A stretch of 64,000 bases of DNA from Priapulus caudatus (Eukaryota): positions 468,941 through 532,940 of the forward strand of contig NW_014577067.1 of assembly GCF_000485595.1 (NCBI RefSeq), in the 5' to 3' direction. Below, one piece after another: positions 11,748-24,896 of this stretch. A model generated the notes under the pieces. It was not told where the DNA came from and ran no database searches. It worked only from the letters and a program-made list of their open reading frames with translations. A program made the translations under genes and the position numbers. Each line of letters starts with the position of its first letter. Within the stretch, counting starts at the first letter, position 1.

Positions 11748-14260
11748 CGCGCGTGACGCAGGGCTGTGTGTGTGGGGAAAGGTCTAGCGCGCGTGACGCA
11801 GGGCTGCGTGCGTGGCTAGGTTCTCAGCGAGTGGGGCTAGCGTCTAGCGCGCGGTGAATGCAGTGCTGCGCGTTGGGGCTAGTCTAGCGCGCGGTGACGG
11901 CAGAGGCTGCGCGCGTGACGGCAGGGCTGACGCGCGTTGACGCAGGGCTTGCGCGCGTGACGGCAGGGCTGCGCAGCGTGACGGCAGGGCTTCGCGCGCC
12001 TGTGACGTAAAGGGCTGCGCGGCGTGAACAAGCAGGGCCTGCGCGCACAGTGACGCAGGGCTTGCGCGGCGTGAACGCAGGGCTGCGCGCGCTGACGCAG
12101 GCTTGCGCGGCGTGAACAGCAGGCGCGCGGCGTGACGTGCAGGGCTGCGCGCGTGACGCAGGGCTGCGCAGCGTGACGCAGGCTGCGCCGTGACACGGCA
12201 GGGCTGCGCGCGTGACGCCGGGCTGCGCGCGTGACGCCGGGCTTGCGCGTGTGGGCGTAGGTCTAGGCGCGCGTGACGCCGGGCCTGCGCGCCGGTGAGC
12301 CCGGCTGCGGGCGCGTGACGCCGGGCTGCGCGCGTGACGCGCGGGCTGCGTGCGTGGGCTAGGTTACGCAGCGTGACGCAGGGCTGCGCGCGTGACGGGC
12401 CGGCTGCGCTGCGTGACGCCGGGCTGCGTGCAGTGATCGCAGGCTGCCGCGGGTGACGCCGGGCTGCGTGCGCTGGGGCTAGTCTAGGCGCGCGTGACGC
12501 GCGGGCTGGCGCGCGTGACGCCGGCGCTGGCGCGCGTGACGCCGGGCTGCGTGCGGGGTAGGTCTAGCGCGCGTGACGCAGGGGCTGTGCGCTGCCGTGA
12601 CGTCGGGCTGCGCGCGTGACGCCGGGCTGCGCGTGTGGGCTAGGTCTAGCGGCGCGTGATGCAGGCTGCCGTCGTCGGGGCTTAGTCTAGCGCCGCGCGT
12701 GAGTGGCAGTGCTTGCGGCGTGGTGGGCTAGGTTAGCGGGCGCGGTGATGCAGGCTGCGGCGTGTGGGGCTAGTCTTAGCCGCGCGTGACGCCAGGGCTG
12801 TTGCGCGTGGGTCTAGGTCTAGCGCGCCTGACGCAGGCTGCGTGCGTGAGCTAGGTCTAGCGCGCGTGACGCAGGGCTGTGCGCCGTGGGTCTAGGTCTA
12901 GCGGGCGCCTGACGCAGGCTGCGTGCGGAGGGCTAGGTCTAGCGCGCGTGACGGCAGGGCTGCGCGTGTGGGGCTAGGTCTAGCGCGCGGTGAACGCAGG
13001 CTGGCGCGTGTGGGCTTAGGTCTAGCGCGCGTGACGCGCGGCTGCGGCGTGGGTGGCTAGGGTCTTAGCGCGCCTGACCAGGCTGCGCGTGTGGGGCTAG
13101 GTCAAGCGCGCGTGACGCAGGGCTTGCGGCGTGTGGGGCTAGTCTAGCCGCGCGTGACGCGCGGGCTGCGCGGCCTCGTGGGGTAGGTCTAAGCGCGCGT
13201 GACGGCAGGGCTGCGTGCGTGGCCTAGGTCTAGCCGCGCGCGTGACGCAGCTGCACGCGTGACGCAAGGCTGCGCGCGACGGCTAGTTAATGGCGCGCGT
13301 GACGCAGGGCTGGCGGCGGCGGTGGGGCTAGGTCTAGCGCGCGTGGGGCTAGGTCCTAGCCGGCGCGTGACGGCAGGGCCTGCGCGCGTGGGGCTAGGTC
13401 TAGCGCGCGTGGGCTAGGTCTAGCGCCCGCGCGTGGGGCCAGGTTCTAGGCGCGCGTAGACGCAGGCGCTGCACGCGTGAAACGGGCCAAGGCTGCGCGC
13501 GCGGGTAGCTCTAGGCGCGCGTGAGCGCAGGCTTGCGCGCGTGGGGCTAGTCTAGCGCGCGTGGCTAGTCTAGCGCGCGTGGACCCAGGCTGCGCGCGTG
13601 GGGCTAGTAATAGCGTCGCGGTCGTGTGGGCCTAGGTCTAGCGGGCCCGTGGTGGGGGCCAGGTCTAGCGCCGCGGTGACGCAGGGCTGTGCGCGTGGTG
13701 CGGCCTAGGTCTAGCGCGCATGAACGCAGGGCTATGGCGCGCGCGGGGCTAGGGCCTACGGGCAGCAGTGACGCAGGGCTGCGCCGCGTGACAGCAGGTC
13801 TAGGCGCGGCGTGACGCAGGGCTGCACCGCGTTGAAGGCGAGGCTGGGGCGTTTGAGAGGGTCTGAGGCGTGCGTCAGCGCGCGGTCTCACGGCGTTCAA
13901 GTGTCAGCTCGCGTGACACGGGTCCGCATGCGTTTGAGATGGTCTAGCGTGCGTCACGCGCAGCCCTCAACGCGTTCAAGGAGTAGCTCGCGTGACGCGG
14001 GTCCAGCATACGTTTTGAAGATGGTCTTCAGCGTGTGTCAGGGCGTGCAGGGCTCAACGCGTTCAAGGTGTAGCTCGGTGTGACCGGTCCACCTGCGTTT
14101 GAGAGGGTCTAGCATGCGTCACGCGCAGCCTCAACGCGTTCAAGGTGTAGCTCGCGTGACACGGGGTCCACCTGCGTTTGAGATGGTCTAGTGCGTGTTA
14201 CGTAGGAGGCGCACACGTTCAATGTCTATCGTGTTACGTGGAACCCACGCATGCACACGG
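11740..14260. repeat. GC-rich minisatellite array downstream of RPE (units ~17, ~39 and ~76 bp)
   Basis: Units gcgcgtgacgcagggct and ggtctagcgcgcgtgacgcagggctgcgcgcgtgggcta. The distal ~76-bp unit contains gcgtcacgcgcagccctcaacgcgttcaaggtgtag. Very indel-rich. Confidence 0.9.
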
Positions 14261-17200
14261 AAAGGTATAGCGCTGCGCCGTCTAGTGCTATGTTGATTGA
14301 AATCCTAATCGCTGTTCAGATATCTATCATTAAATATAGGTTGAAATATTGATTTTTCTTTGTAAGCGCACATGCTGTCAGCATTGACTTTATTATGTAC
14401 TCTGTAGATTGTCACGATCTCAGTTGTGTCAGGTATATATAGGTATATGTGAAGGCATTTGACGTTATTTTGTTGCATACTGCTACGTCGAAGTACGTAG
14501 TAGTTAGTATGCTGTATACAGTTAAACGTGGTGCTTTCTATAGATGAAGCTAAACCTCGTTATAATGTTGAACTAACTATGGCATTATGGATTGATACTA
14601 GTGTACTGAAGAATTTATGTTGAAGTGTATTAGATGAAAACATGGAACAAAAATACGTTTTCTGGAAATAATTTTTTATTATGCTTCTTAACTGAATGGC
14701 AAGCACTTTTACATTCTGTACAACTCGGGAATGACGACATGCTGATGATCTCAAGGAAACTGTACAAAATTTACAAAAAAAACCCTGCTGCCTTAGGTCC
14801 GCTCTCACAACATACATCTAAATTGATTGCCCATTAGATCTCATTGCAATTACACGTATGCAGTCAAATGCCAATTACTAAATTGCCGAACAAATGTGAT
14901 ACCTGACGTATGGGAACACGCTGCCGCTACATGTGATAGTGGCACTACGGCACAACGACTCGTTAGTACTCATTACCAAATTACGCATTGTCTTTATCTA
15001 AGTCAATGCCGTCACCAAACAGCTCACATACCAAGCAGAGACACTATCACACTGGTCACACGAGCAACTAAGTCGCTGACCGTTTAAACCCACTCTTCCC
15101 AAGGCCAGGTCACCTTTCTAAACAATTAATATAGTTTGCCAATGAAACCATTGCGAGATTACAATTGATTATGAGAATATAATGGTTATTTACTAAGCAA
15201 CTACAGTGGCAGAACTATAATCTATAGCAAGTTAGATAATCTCTGTACAAAATCGATCTTTCTTGGGAAATACACAAATTACTCCAAAATAGATTTCCCA
15301 CCTGAGATGTGCGATGGAAACAGAATGACTTGCTGCAAAATTGTGAACACGTGAACGACATGCGAACAAGTGTCTCCGATATCAAATATACAAAGACAGC
15401 ACCAATATTGCGTTTGAACAGACTACACTAGCAAACCTCATCTTCAAGTGTTAAATGGTATCAAAGTGCAAAACACGTGCAGGTGATAGTCGCGTTGTGT
15501 GTGGTGGGATACCACATCTTCTATCGGAAAAACTCCCACGTGACAATATCACTCTATGACTAAAACTGTTATTACACGCTTACTAACTAACTAACCAGAC
15601 AATTGTGATTTGGTCCCACATAGCAACAACAACAATGACAGTACGAAGCTAATTCACAGAACCACACTAACAGCTATGACTACTCACAAATCATGGCTTC
15701 AATTCCGCAAGATCTGCTACTAACACATAAACGTGGCAATGATTTATTTACAGCAGTTCCACAGCGTGGATGCAGGGATTTGCATAGAAGCAGTTGCACC
15801 AAACATGAGACGTAACTTTGGAAGAAGTTTATAAAAACCCAATGCCTAACCTGTTCTTATCAAATACAAGACCTTACCAGAGAAAGATATAAAAACCGTA
15901 TTGAGATAATAGCTATTAAAACAAATTTCAGACCCCAAAAGGACGGAAAAATAATATCGATAACTGGATGTAAACATCAACTCAAAATAAACAGAATGCC
16001 ACGAGGTCGTAACAAAGGTCCATAATACTGGATTGCAAGGAATACGCCTCTTAAATCTGGCATCTGGGGCAGCCTAAAAAGCTTTAACACAAACAGTTTA
16101 ACAGATGTATATTTCAGAGACTCACAAAAACTCCAAACAGAAACTAACGAAATATCTGACATGCATTGTAGATTCGGGCTACATACGTATGTACAATGAT
16201 AATCTCAAGAGTAGCCACAAAAATCGTCATTATATTGTGATTTCTAGGAAAAGTGGGGGGGGGGAAGATATGCTCTGAGAAACAAACGAGTGTCTATGCA
16301 ACTACGTATACAAATGTCCACCAGGCCATATAAATATATACAATAATCTCTGTGGTCACTAGTGATATTGCAGTCGATATTGACACGTAACGCTAAGAAA
16401 GCCAAGAAGTTACTTTAGAGCAGATTTACAACAAAAACTAATATATTGAGTCGTTTCTGTGTTTAACTTGCATGGTACAGCCATACTGATGCCTGCTTAA
16501 GCAATCCACACTACAAACCCGTCTAAATGGGATATCTACCCGCCCTGCTTATTTGCCACAGGAACGCAATATGCTGTTGGGTATTACTAACTAATCCGTA
16601 ACTTCACATTAAAATAACTAAAAGGGAACCAGTGGAAGTGATGCAAGTGTAACTAAAATGATATGGAAGATGGCCAAATATGGAGCACTGGCCGCGCATA
16701 GAAGAGAAGTGCGCGCAGCAGAGGGAAAAGAAAAGATAACATGGTGGATCCGTGCGCCATAATGAAAGCCAGCGCACAGATCCAAAGGAAAAAATTAGAC
16801 AAAGTTATGCTGTTAGAAGTCAACGGAGGAATTTGGATCATTGACAATAAATGCCTAAAACTCACAGCAAAAATTTGCAGATGATATTTTGTACGTTAGA
16901 CAACACACGCAACAACGCAACACGTTTATAGCCAATATACACATTTTCGGGAGGCCGGGGGTAGGGGCGGTAGGCCAAAACGTCACAACATTTTCGATTA
17001 CCTTAAACAGAACTTCTTAACAGAATTTATCACAACCTTGCTTTACTATGTGTATACCTTGTACTTCCACCTAATGTCTGGCACGTTAACTTTTTCAAGT
17101 TTTTGCAGAATTAAAGCAGTCAAGCAATTCCAAAAAGGAGTGTGTGTTATTCTGTAACATCAGCTGCCATCTGTGCAAATGGAATAAATACCTCTGATAT

Positions 17201-18576
17201 ACACTGGCCATAGATTTTATGTATAATAAATTATAAACTCAGTCTTATTTCTGGGTTTCATTGTGCAAAAGTTTACACGTGGTCTGAGATATACTGTCGC
17301 CGGGAACAACTAATCCTGTGCTGACAATTGTACGGGGCGAATTTATGTAGATATAACTATAGACCATTTCTATAATTTTTATTGTCTTTTTGGCTCGAAA
17401 AATTGCAACATAATTTGCAATAGAGAGATTTCAGAGTTTCAAGCCATACACCGTCAGTGAGGCTTCTAAAAATTCCGAAGCAGGACCTGATACCAAAATA
17501 ACAAAAACCACTAGCACTTACATTCCTGGAGCAGCGTATAAAAATAAAAAAAAATAAAAAAAATACCACTGCGTAAAAAATGCACCAAGAATACGCAATT
17601 CCACTAGTTTTATATAGCGTACACAGCCGTACGAAAATCCCATCACAACTCCTACAGACAATGAGAGAGAACCACATCTAACGTAAAACCCTGTCGGTTG
17701 TACCTTCCTAGTTACTAGATACTACGTGCGCAACTAAAGGACAAATACGTTTTATGGAACCCTCAAACCAGTTAGAATTGGCTAGAACGTGCACACAACT
17801 CTACAGCTATTATGATAAGGTAATAGCTTTAACGTGAAGCGGAGACCTCTGTGAAGAATCAACTAAATGGCACTAGCTAGCATTTCCATCAACCTCGACT
17901 GAACACTGGAAAATACTAACAACTATATCCACTTAACACTAAGCATTGGCTTGTGATGCACTAAAAATGGCACCATTGGAAAAATAGATACAAAATACAT
18001 TCATATTATGACAACACGAAAAGTGATATGACAGTTTAAATGCTGAGCAAATCAGAAACTAAAACATTAAAAAAAATCTGCTGGAATATTTTTGAAACAC
18101 ACGGCGGCTAGTTGGACTTGGAATTTACACGTCGTCAAACATTTCCATGCGCCTTAACCAATACTGATCGAACGACGTAGGCTAGTGGAATGCTGTGTTA
18201 CTGACAAAAAATGAGCTGCTGAGCATTGCTCTATTTTAAAGCGCTAACTACACCTCTACGCTAACACAACGATTTACACGATACACACATTACTACACGA
18301 CGTGGCTATGCCATCTGATACCAAACACGTGACACGGACTTTAGCCCATCCTGCTTGAAATGTATCCGGAATGGAGAAGCAAGGCTAGACGACGACAAAA
18401 TTACATGACATCGTACAAAACACCACACACTCGTGGATATGTGAAACGAGTCCAGTTGCACGGAAGAGATCGCCATAGATCGCTAGTCGCAAAAACAAGT
18501 CTTAAAGCATTGGCAGTAGCAGCAGCAGCACCAACAGCAGCACCAGCAGTACGGTCAGCGGCACTCTCCCCGGCAA

Positions 18577-19772
18577 CTACGGCAACCGATGCCGCTTCGT
18601 GTTCTGCCGCTTCGCCATCTGCTCCTGCATCTGCACCAGCGTCTTGTAGATGATGGCGAACTTGGGCCGCGCGGACGGCTTGCACTGCCAGCAGAGCCGC
18701 ATGAGCGCGTAGGCGGCGTCGGGCGTGTCGGGAGGCGACGTCAGCACGCGGCCGTCCTTGATGTAGCGTATCACCTCCTCGTGCGACATGCCGTAGTACG
18801 GCTGCAGCGCGAACGCGAAGATCTCCCAGAGCACGACGCCGTACGCCCACACGTCCGACTGCACGGTATACTTGCTGTAGTGGATCGCCTCGAGCGGCAT
18901 CCAACGGATCGGGATCGCGTCGTTCTCGTTGCCCTGGTAGTAGTTCGACGTGAGGATCTTGCGCGACAGCCCGAAGTCGGCAAGCTTCACGATGAGGTTG
19001 TCGCCGACGAGGCAGTTTCGCGTCGCGAGGTCGCGGTGCACGAAGTTGCGCGTCGACAGGTAGACCATGCCGGATGCGACCTGCTGCGCGATGTACAGCT
19101 GGTTGCGGTGGTCGAGCACAGCGGGCTCGCACGCGCCGCGCCCGCCGTCCGCGCGCTGCTCGTACGGCGAGCAGCATCGCAGGAAGTCGTTCAGGTCGCC
19201 CTTGCTCATGAACTCGAAGAGCAGGCACATGGGCTTGCCGACCGCGCACACGCCAAGCAGCTTGATGATGTTCGGGTGCTCGAAGTCGGCCATCAGCGAC
19301 GCCTCGTGCTCAAAGTCGGCCTGGAGGTCGTTCGACGCCTCCTCCTTGAGCACCTTCACGGCGACGTACAGGTTTTCGACGCCGCGCAGCAGTCCCGGCG
19401 CCTTCGCCTGGAAGACGCGTCCGAACGCGCCCTGCCCGATGTCGCGGATATAGACAATGTCGTTGCGCGAGAACTCCATGTCGGCGAGCTTCGGGTTGAG
19501 CGTCGACTTGTCGGCGAGGTGGTACTGCGTGTTCGACGGCAGCCCGCCGAGGTCGATCTCAAGGTCGTTCATCGCCGCCGTCTGGTAGCGCAGCCCGCGC
19601 GCGCACTTCACCTGCAGCTTGCGGCACACGACGCTCACCATGGCGACGGCGACGATGGCGCCGACCATAGTGCAGGCGATAATGACGATCGTCGTCGGCG
19701 ACATCGAGTCGAGGGGGCCGCCGTCGGGCGAGCCCCGCCAGAGCGTAGCGTTGTCCAGCGCCGTCGGGTCAT
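18577..19772 (-). CDS. MUSK: MuSK terminal exon: transmembrane helix, juxtamembrane region and complete tyrosine kinase domain
   Basis: [75 protein letters not shown]. These motifs are characteristic of MuSK kinases. Confidence 0.92.
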
Positions 19773-22700
19773 CTGGCGGCAGAAACGATGCCGAATGACG
19801 TTCAACGCGTCGCGATATTATTTTTTTATGCGACGAGAAAATAGTTCTACATTAAATATTAATTAATTGATAAATATTTAATAAATATTATTTTTTTCAT
19901 TAATTTTTAAGTAATGGAAGAAATACTAGAAAATAGAATAGAAAATAGAGAGAGAGGTAGACGAGTTACTGCTCACTGTCATGAGAAGTGGAGAATGAGA
20001 GCGTGCAGAAAACCAACCCAGTTCAACACACTCTTCAGTGTACACATCCCCATGCACCCCGTCCGATGCTCATAGCAGACATCTCAATCAAAACGGGTAT
20101 TATGAAGACCTAACCACGAACATTGCTTAACACAACGCAACAAATACTACACTCACCACAATGTGCGATATTGCAGTGCTCCCATCTGTGTTTCGAGTCT
20201 TGAGTGAAGCACCAGGGGGAGCTAGTTTCACTCAGTGGATTTCGGCAGAAATTCTCTGCATTTACTAAGCTGGGGTAAACTCCTGGGTAGTAGTTATGTA
20301 TATTAGGCTCCTGAAAAAAAAACTTGCACTTAAATAAACAAGCAACACAAAGGCACTTCACATTGTCAGTGTGACCGCTAATATTTATGCACACCGAAAT
20401 ATACTGGGATAAATTTTCTTGCAATGAGAGCACGAACACAAGCGTAAAAGAACTTCGTAAGTGTTTCACCTGTTTACTCCATTTCTGGCAAGGCATGCCT
20501 GACTTAGTCACATTAACTGTACCAATGTAGAACACTCCAGCATCCTGGAAGCATTTGGCTGAAAAATAGTAAAGTGAACCGTCTCTACTCTACTCATCCA
20601 GTATTCAACATTTCCTTATGTAATGGTCGTTGTTATTGAGTCTATGTACTTTCGACCCCCATGTCACTAAAACTTCACACAAAAACGCTCTAGTTAGTTA
20701 CAAACTTTCAGCTGGTATTGAACAGGATAATATAAACAGGTACCAAGCAGGCAGTGATTGGCGTGCAATGGTGTAGCATACGGCCAAATAAAACAACAGT
20801 TGCTCACTTGTTTTACTCGATCGGTCCCACTCGTCATGCCAGTATAGAAACTTGGTGCACATCCCACTGTGCATGCGTGGCAACGTCTCGCAGTCTGGCA
20901 TTCTGAATCAATTACACAGTTTACTGGTAGCCTGAGCGTAGGGACAGCACTTGCTCACAACGATTCGGGCCAGTAAGAGTGACAAATCATAAATGTTACT
21001 AAACGTGGCATCACGGCATATCAATTGACGCCCTTCTATAACTGTGACCTGTAAATAAAATATCAACTCATCGACAATCAACTCACATACTCTCCATTAG
21101 TATTGAAATCTCCCTCCCCCATCCCCCTCTCTCTTTCTTTGTCTCCCTCACTTCCTTCCTTTTTTGCGAATATAATCCTCGCTCCCCCCTCACCAAAACT
21201 TAATCTGCCACTGCACTCACCTGAATTCACAAGAGTGAAATGAAATCCCCTTCCCCCCTCCCTCTCTTTCTTTGTCTCTCTCTCTCTAAAAAATCTTTCT
21301 ATGTCTCTCTCACTGCCACTGCACTCACCTGAAGTCACCACGGTTGCGGAGAAACATTCCGTTATTCTTGTTATTGACGACCGTCTGCCACTCGATGCGG
21401 CAGAGTGTGTCCCTGACCAGCAGACACTCCTCCCTGCATCATCACGTTAACGACGTCAATATATATATATACCAATTACTACACAATTACAATACTACAC
21501 CATAGAGTGAAATCTCCCTCCCCTATCCCCACCTCTTCTATTGTTACTGAATGTATGTGCGTGTCATGCGCAGTTTGTGTTTGTATAATAAATGCCACTA
21601 GTTGTACGTGGCTCCTGCTAATCAGACGTCCTGTCTTGTTTGTTCACGTAGAACAGAACACCACCCTCTCTTTCTTACACTTACTCACATACACAGTCCG
21701 CTCACACTTACATTGTAATAAATAACGACGCGTAAAGTTACGGAAGCGTTGCTAACGGAGATTCACCCAGCACGCGCGCTCGCTCACAGACACAATCATA
21801 TCACATTGCCAATCACAGAATACTTGTGATAGCACACTGTCTGTCAATGTGAGCTTGGTATTAGAGAGAGCTTCAACAGTAAGAAGGACACATGCACACG
21901 TGCAGAATTGAATATGTGTTCGCAGGAGATGGTGAGTGTATAACCGATTTGGTATCTAAGTGTACAGTATGGGATATCTGTGTACAATAAAGGGTATGTT
22001 TATAAACGATTTTGCATGTGTCCAGAATGGGGTATCATAGATGACGACTGAAAATGATACAACAAATGAACAGCTTCACCCTTATAATAGCTATTCAGGT
22101 GATCGGTTTATACATACTTGCAGAGAGGCTTTGCAACTGGGAAGCCCTTGGATGTGTCACAGTTTGGGAAGGCATACCGACAAAGCATCTTCTCACTTGG
22201 CTCCCTACACTTAGCACTTGTTGTTGATAGCAACTCCTCCCAGAGCCCTATAATCACATAATAATAACTATAACAATACTATAATTAATATAATACATAC
22301 ATGTACATACATTGTGATATATAGTAGCAAGCAATGACAGTGATTAAACTGCCACAGAGCAGTATCTCTGCCATTTATACCTCATTCGTGGTTCAGTAGG
22401 CATACTAGGCCCATTGATTATGCAATGTTGACGAATCCTAGAGTAACTGGCACCTTGTGTAGTTAATAAGTACATATTTAACCTTACATCCAAACGCGTA
22501 TTAGTTTGTCCAATATCACTGATGGTTACTAAGAAATGTCTAATTGAAATCCGCAGTCCAAGAAATGTTTACAGTTTACAGTTTCACTTTCAAACCACTG
22601 CCAGCGAAGCAGGTGTGATACAGATTTATAGTGCACTGGACATTTTTGCACGCATGCTCGGCCGTACGCAATGCTATCATCAGTGATTTCGTAAACACGG

Positions 22701-24840
22701 ACGCTCGTGATAAGGAACTTTTTGTCAGAGCTGTGCATGTGCGTCCGTGATTAGTACGTGTGTTTTACTCCATTTCCATGTTTAGTCTGTGGCCGTGTTT
22801 ACACCGCTGACACCTCCATTTCATCTGGCGTCCAAAACATACGGGACGCACAAATGTTTACGTCATCGCTTGAATCCTGGATGACATTTACGGCACGTAA
22901 ATGAATATCAACAACCGATTACAAGTCTTGCTTGTAATGTAACCAGCAGTGATATTAGCCAAACTAATACGCGTTTGGCTATAAGTTTATGTACTTATTA
23001 ACTACACAAGGTGCCAGTTACTCTAGTATTCGTCAACATTGCATAATCAATGGGCCTAGTATGCCTTTAAAAAAAGAAAAACAGTACGGGGTAATAAAGC
23101 GCTAAACTGGTAATAAACACGCATGAGTCTGACAGCTACCATACAGCGAGATACTAAAACATGTAAAGTCGTGGCCACACTCCCAACATGCTGACATAGC
23201 TCTCCCATTCTTTCTTCCATGTTATTTTTTACGTTATAATTCATCACGAGAGTAATAGTATATATAGGCAGCAGCTCACCTTTCGTCGTGTTTTCCTGCA
23301 CCTGCGCAGGATCTTCGTACATTGAGCTGAGGAACACCTCCTGACCGCCGAGGTAGTTTCTGCAGACGGTGCCGTTGTACACGGCGCAGACGCCTCGCAG
23401 TGCCGCCTCCTTCGTAACGACGGTCGACGTGCTGCGTGAAGTGAATCGAGATGGACGTTAGGACGCCATGACAGACGAACGATCATGTGACGTTGCGTAT
23501 GAAGTGCTCGATTGTGTGAAGTACTCACACGTGGAAATATTTGACTATATAAGAGGCTGCAGCAAAAACGTGCCTACAGATGCTAGATTGACTGGTCTTC
23601 ATTGCTAATGTGCTAAGAAACAAGCAACAAGTAAAGCACATTCTCTTACACACCACCATGGAATCAATATCAATTAGAGTACATAAAGCGGACAACCACT
23701 CATTTTGACCAGATTTTTTAATGTGCAATTATACTCAGATGTTTTAAACTTTAGGAACTACGCATTATATTTATTTACATTATGTTTCAATTATTATTTA
23801 TATAACTTTTGCCAATTCAGCTTCGTTGACTAACATAATTGCATAATAGCACAGCGGGACAAAATACCAATGTACACTTAACAGTATTGCCTAATCAGTT
23901 AAATCAAGAAACAGACATTCCGAAATCTATGCAAAACTCAACTTTACTCAAGCGGGAGATTACTATTTGAATGTGTTCTAACATAAGAATATTTCTCTAA
24001 CCAACCTAGCATGATTATATAGCCAGTAAATAAATTAACGCTTAAGCTTGTTAATGTATTCAAGAGTACATAATAGGAGATACATATTATGTACATCTCC
24101 TATTATGTACTCTTGATGTATTACTACATGGCCTAAAGGCACACCCACTGACCACATGTTACTGCTACTGTGTGACACAGTGGGCTCCTGACCTGCATCA
24201 GCTAGCTGCCGCAAGTAGACACAACTGCTGTTTCGCTGACTGATGCCTTTTTTATCGTTATGACAGATAATAATGCCGAATTTCCATGTAATCAAACATG
24301 ATTACATCACGCACACGAGAATTAGACCCACAGCACAGTCTTTCCATAGGGACATTACTCCTGCACTTGTTCATGTTGGTTGAACGTGGATAGATGGAAC
24401 GCAAGAATCATAGCATTTTTTCCTCTGTTTGATACCAATCTTCCGCATTCAGAAAATATACGTTTATGTAAAAAAAATGTTTTTTTCCAGTATCTCTTTT
24501 TACCTCAATAAAGGTACTCTCCCCCAATTCCGTCCCTCGTTTTTGAACTCCGTCTACTTCCTGCCCCTCTATCTCGCCCCCATTATGGTATATGAAATGT
24601 GTAATTACAAGTAATATGATAATCTACACACCTGGCAGGGGTTGCTGTAGGTTGAATCATCGGCGGCACATGAAAAGAAACGAAACCAGTTGCGATTTAG
24701 AATACGTTCAGATAACAGCCAGACAATTAATATCAAATTAATATAACTATGTGCCGACACCTATACATGTACAGATGACTAGAGGCCAGGCTGCTGAACA
24801 TGCGCTCGCACCCACGCACGCACGCACCCACGCATGCACA

Positions 24841-24896
<56 letters not shown>

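Noticed and set aside
14270..18570. Gene or ncRNA between RPE and MuSK
   Set aside because: Only short ORFs without motifs, and no tRNA or snoRNA structure recognised. Probably convergent 3'UTR or intergenic DNA.
18401..19866. Long overlapping ORFs (18589..19866 +, 18401..19249 -)
   Set aside because: Shadow frames of the GC-rich kinase exon with no recognisable domains.
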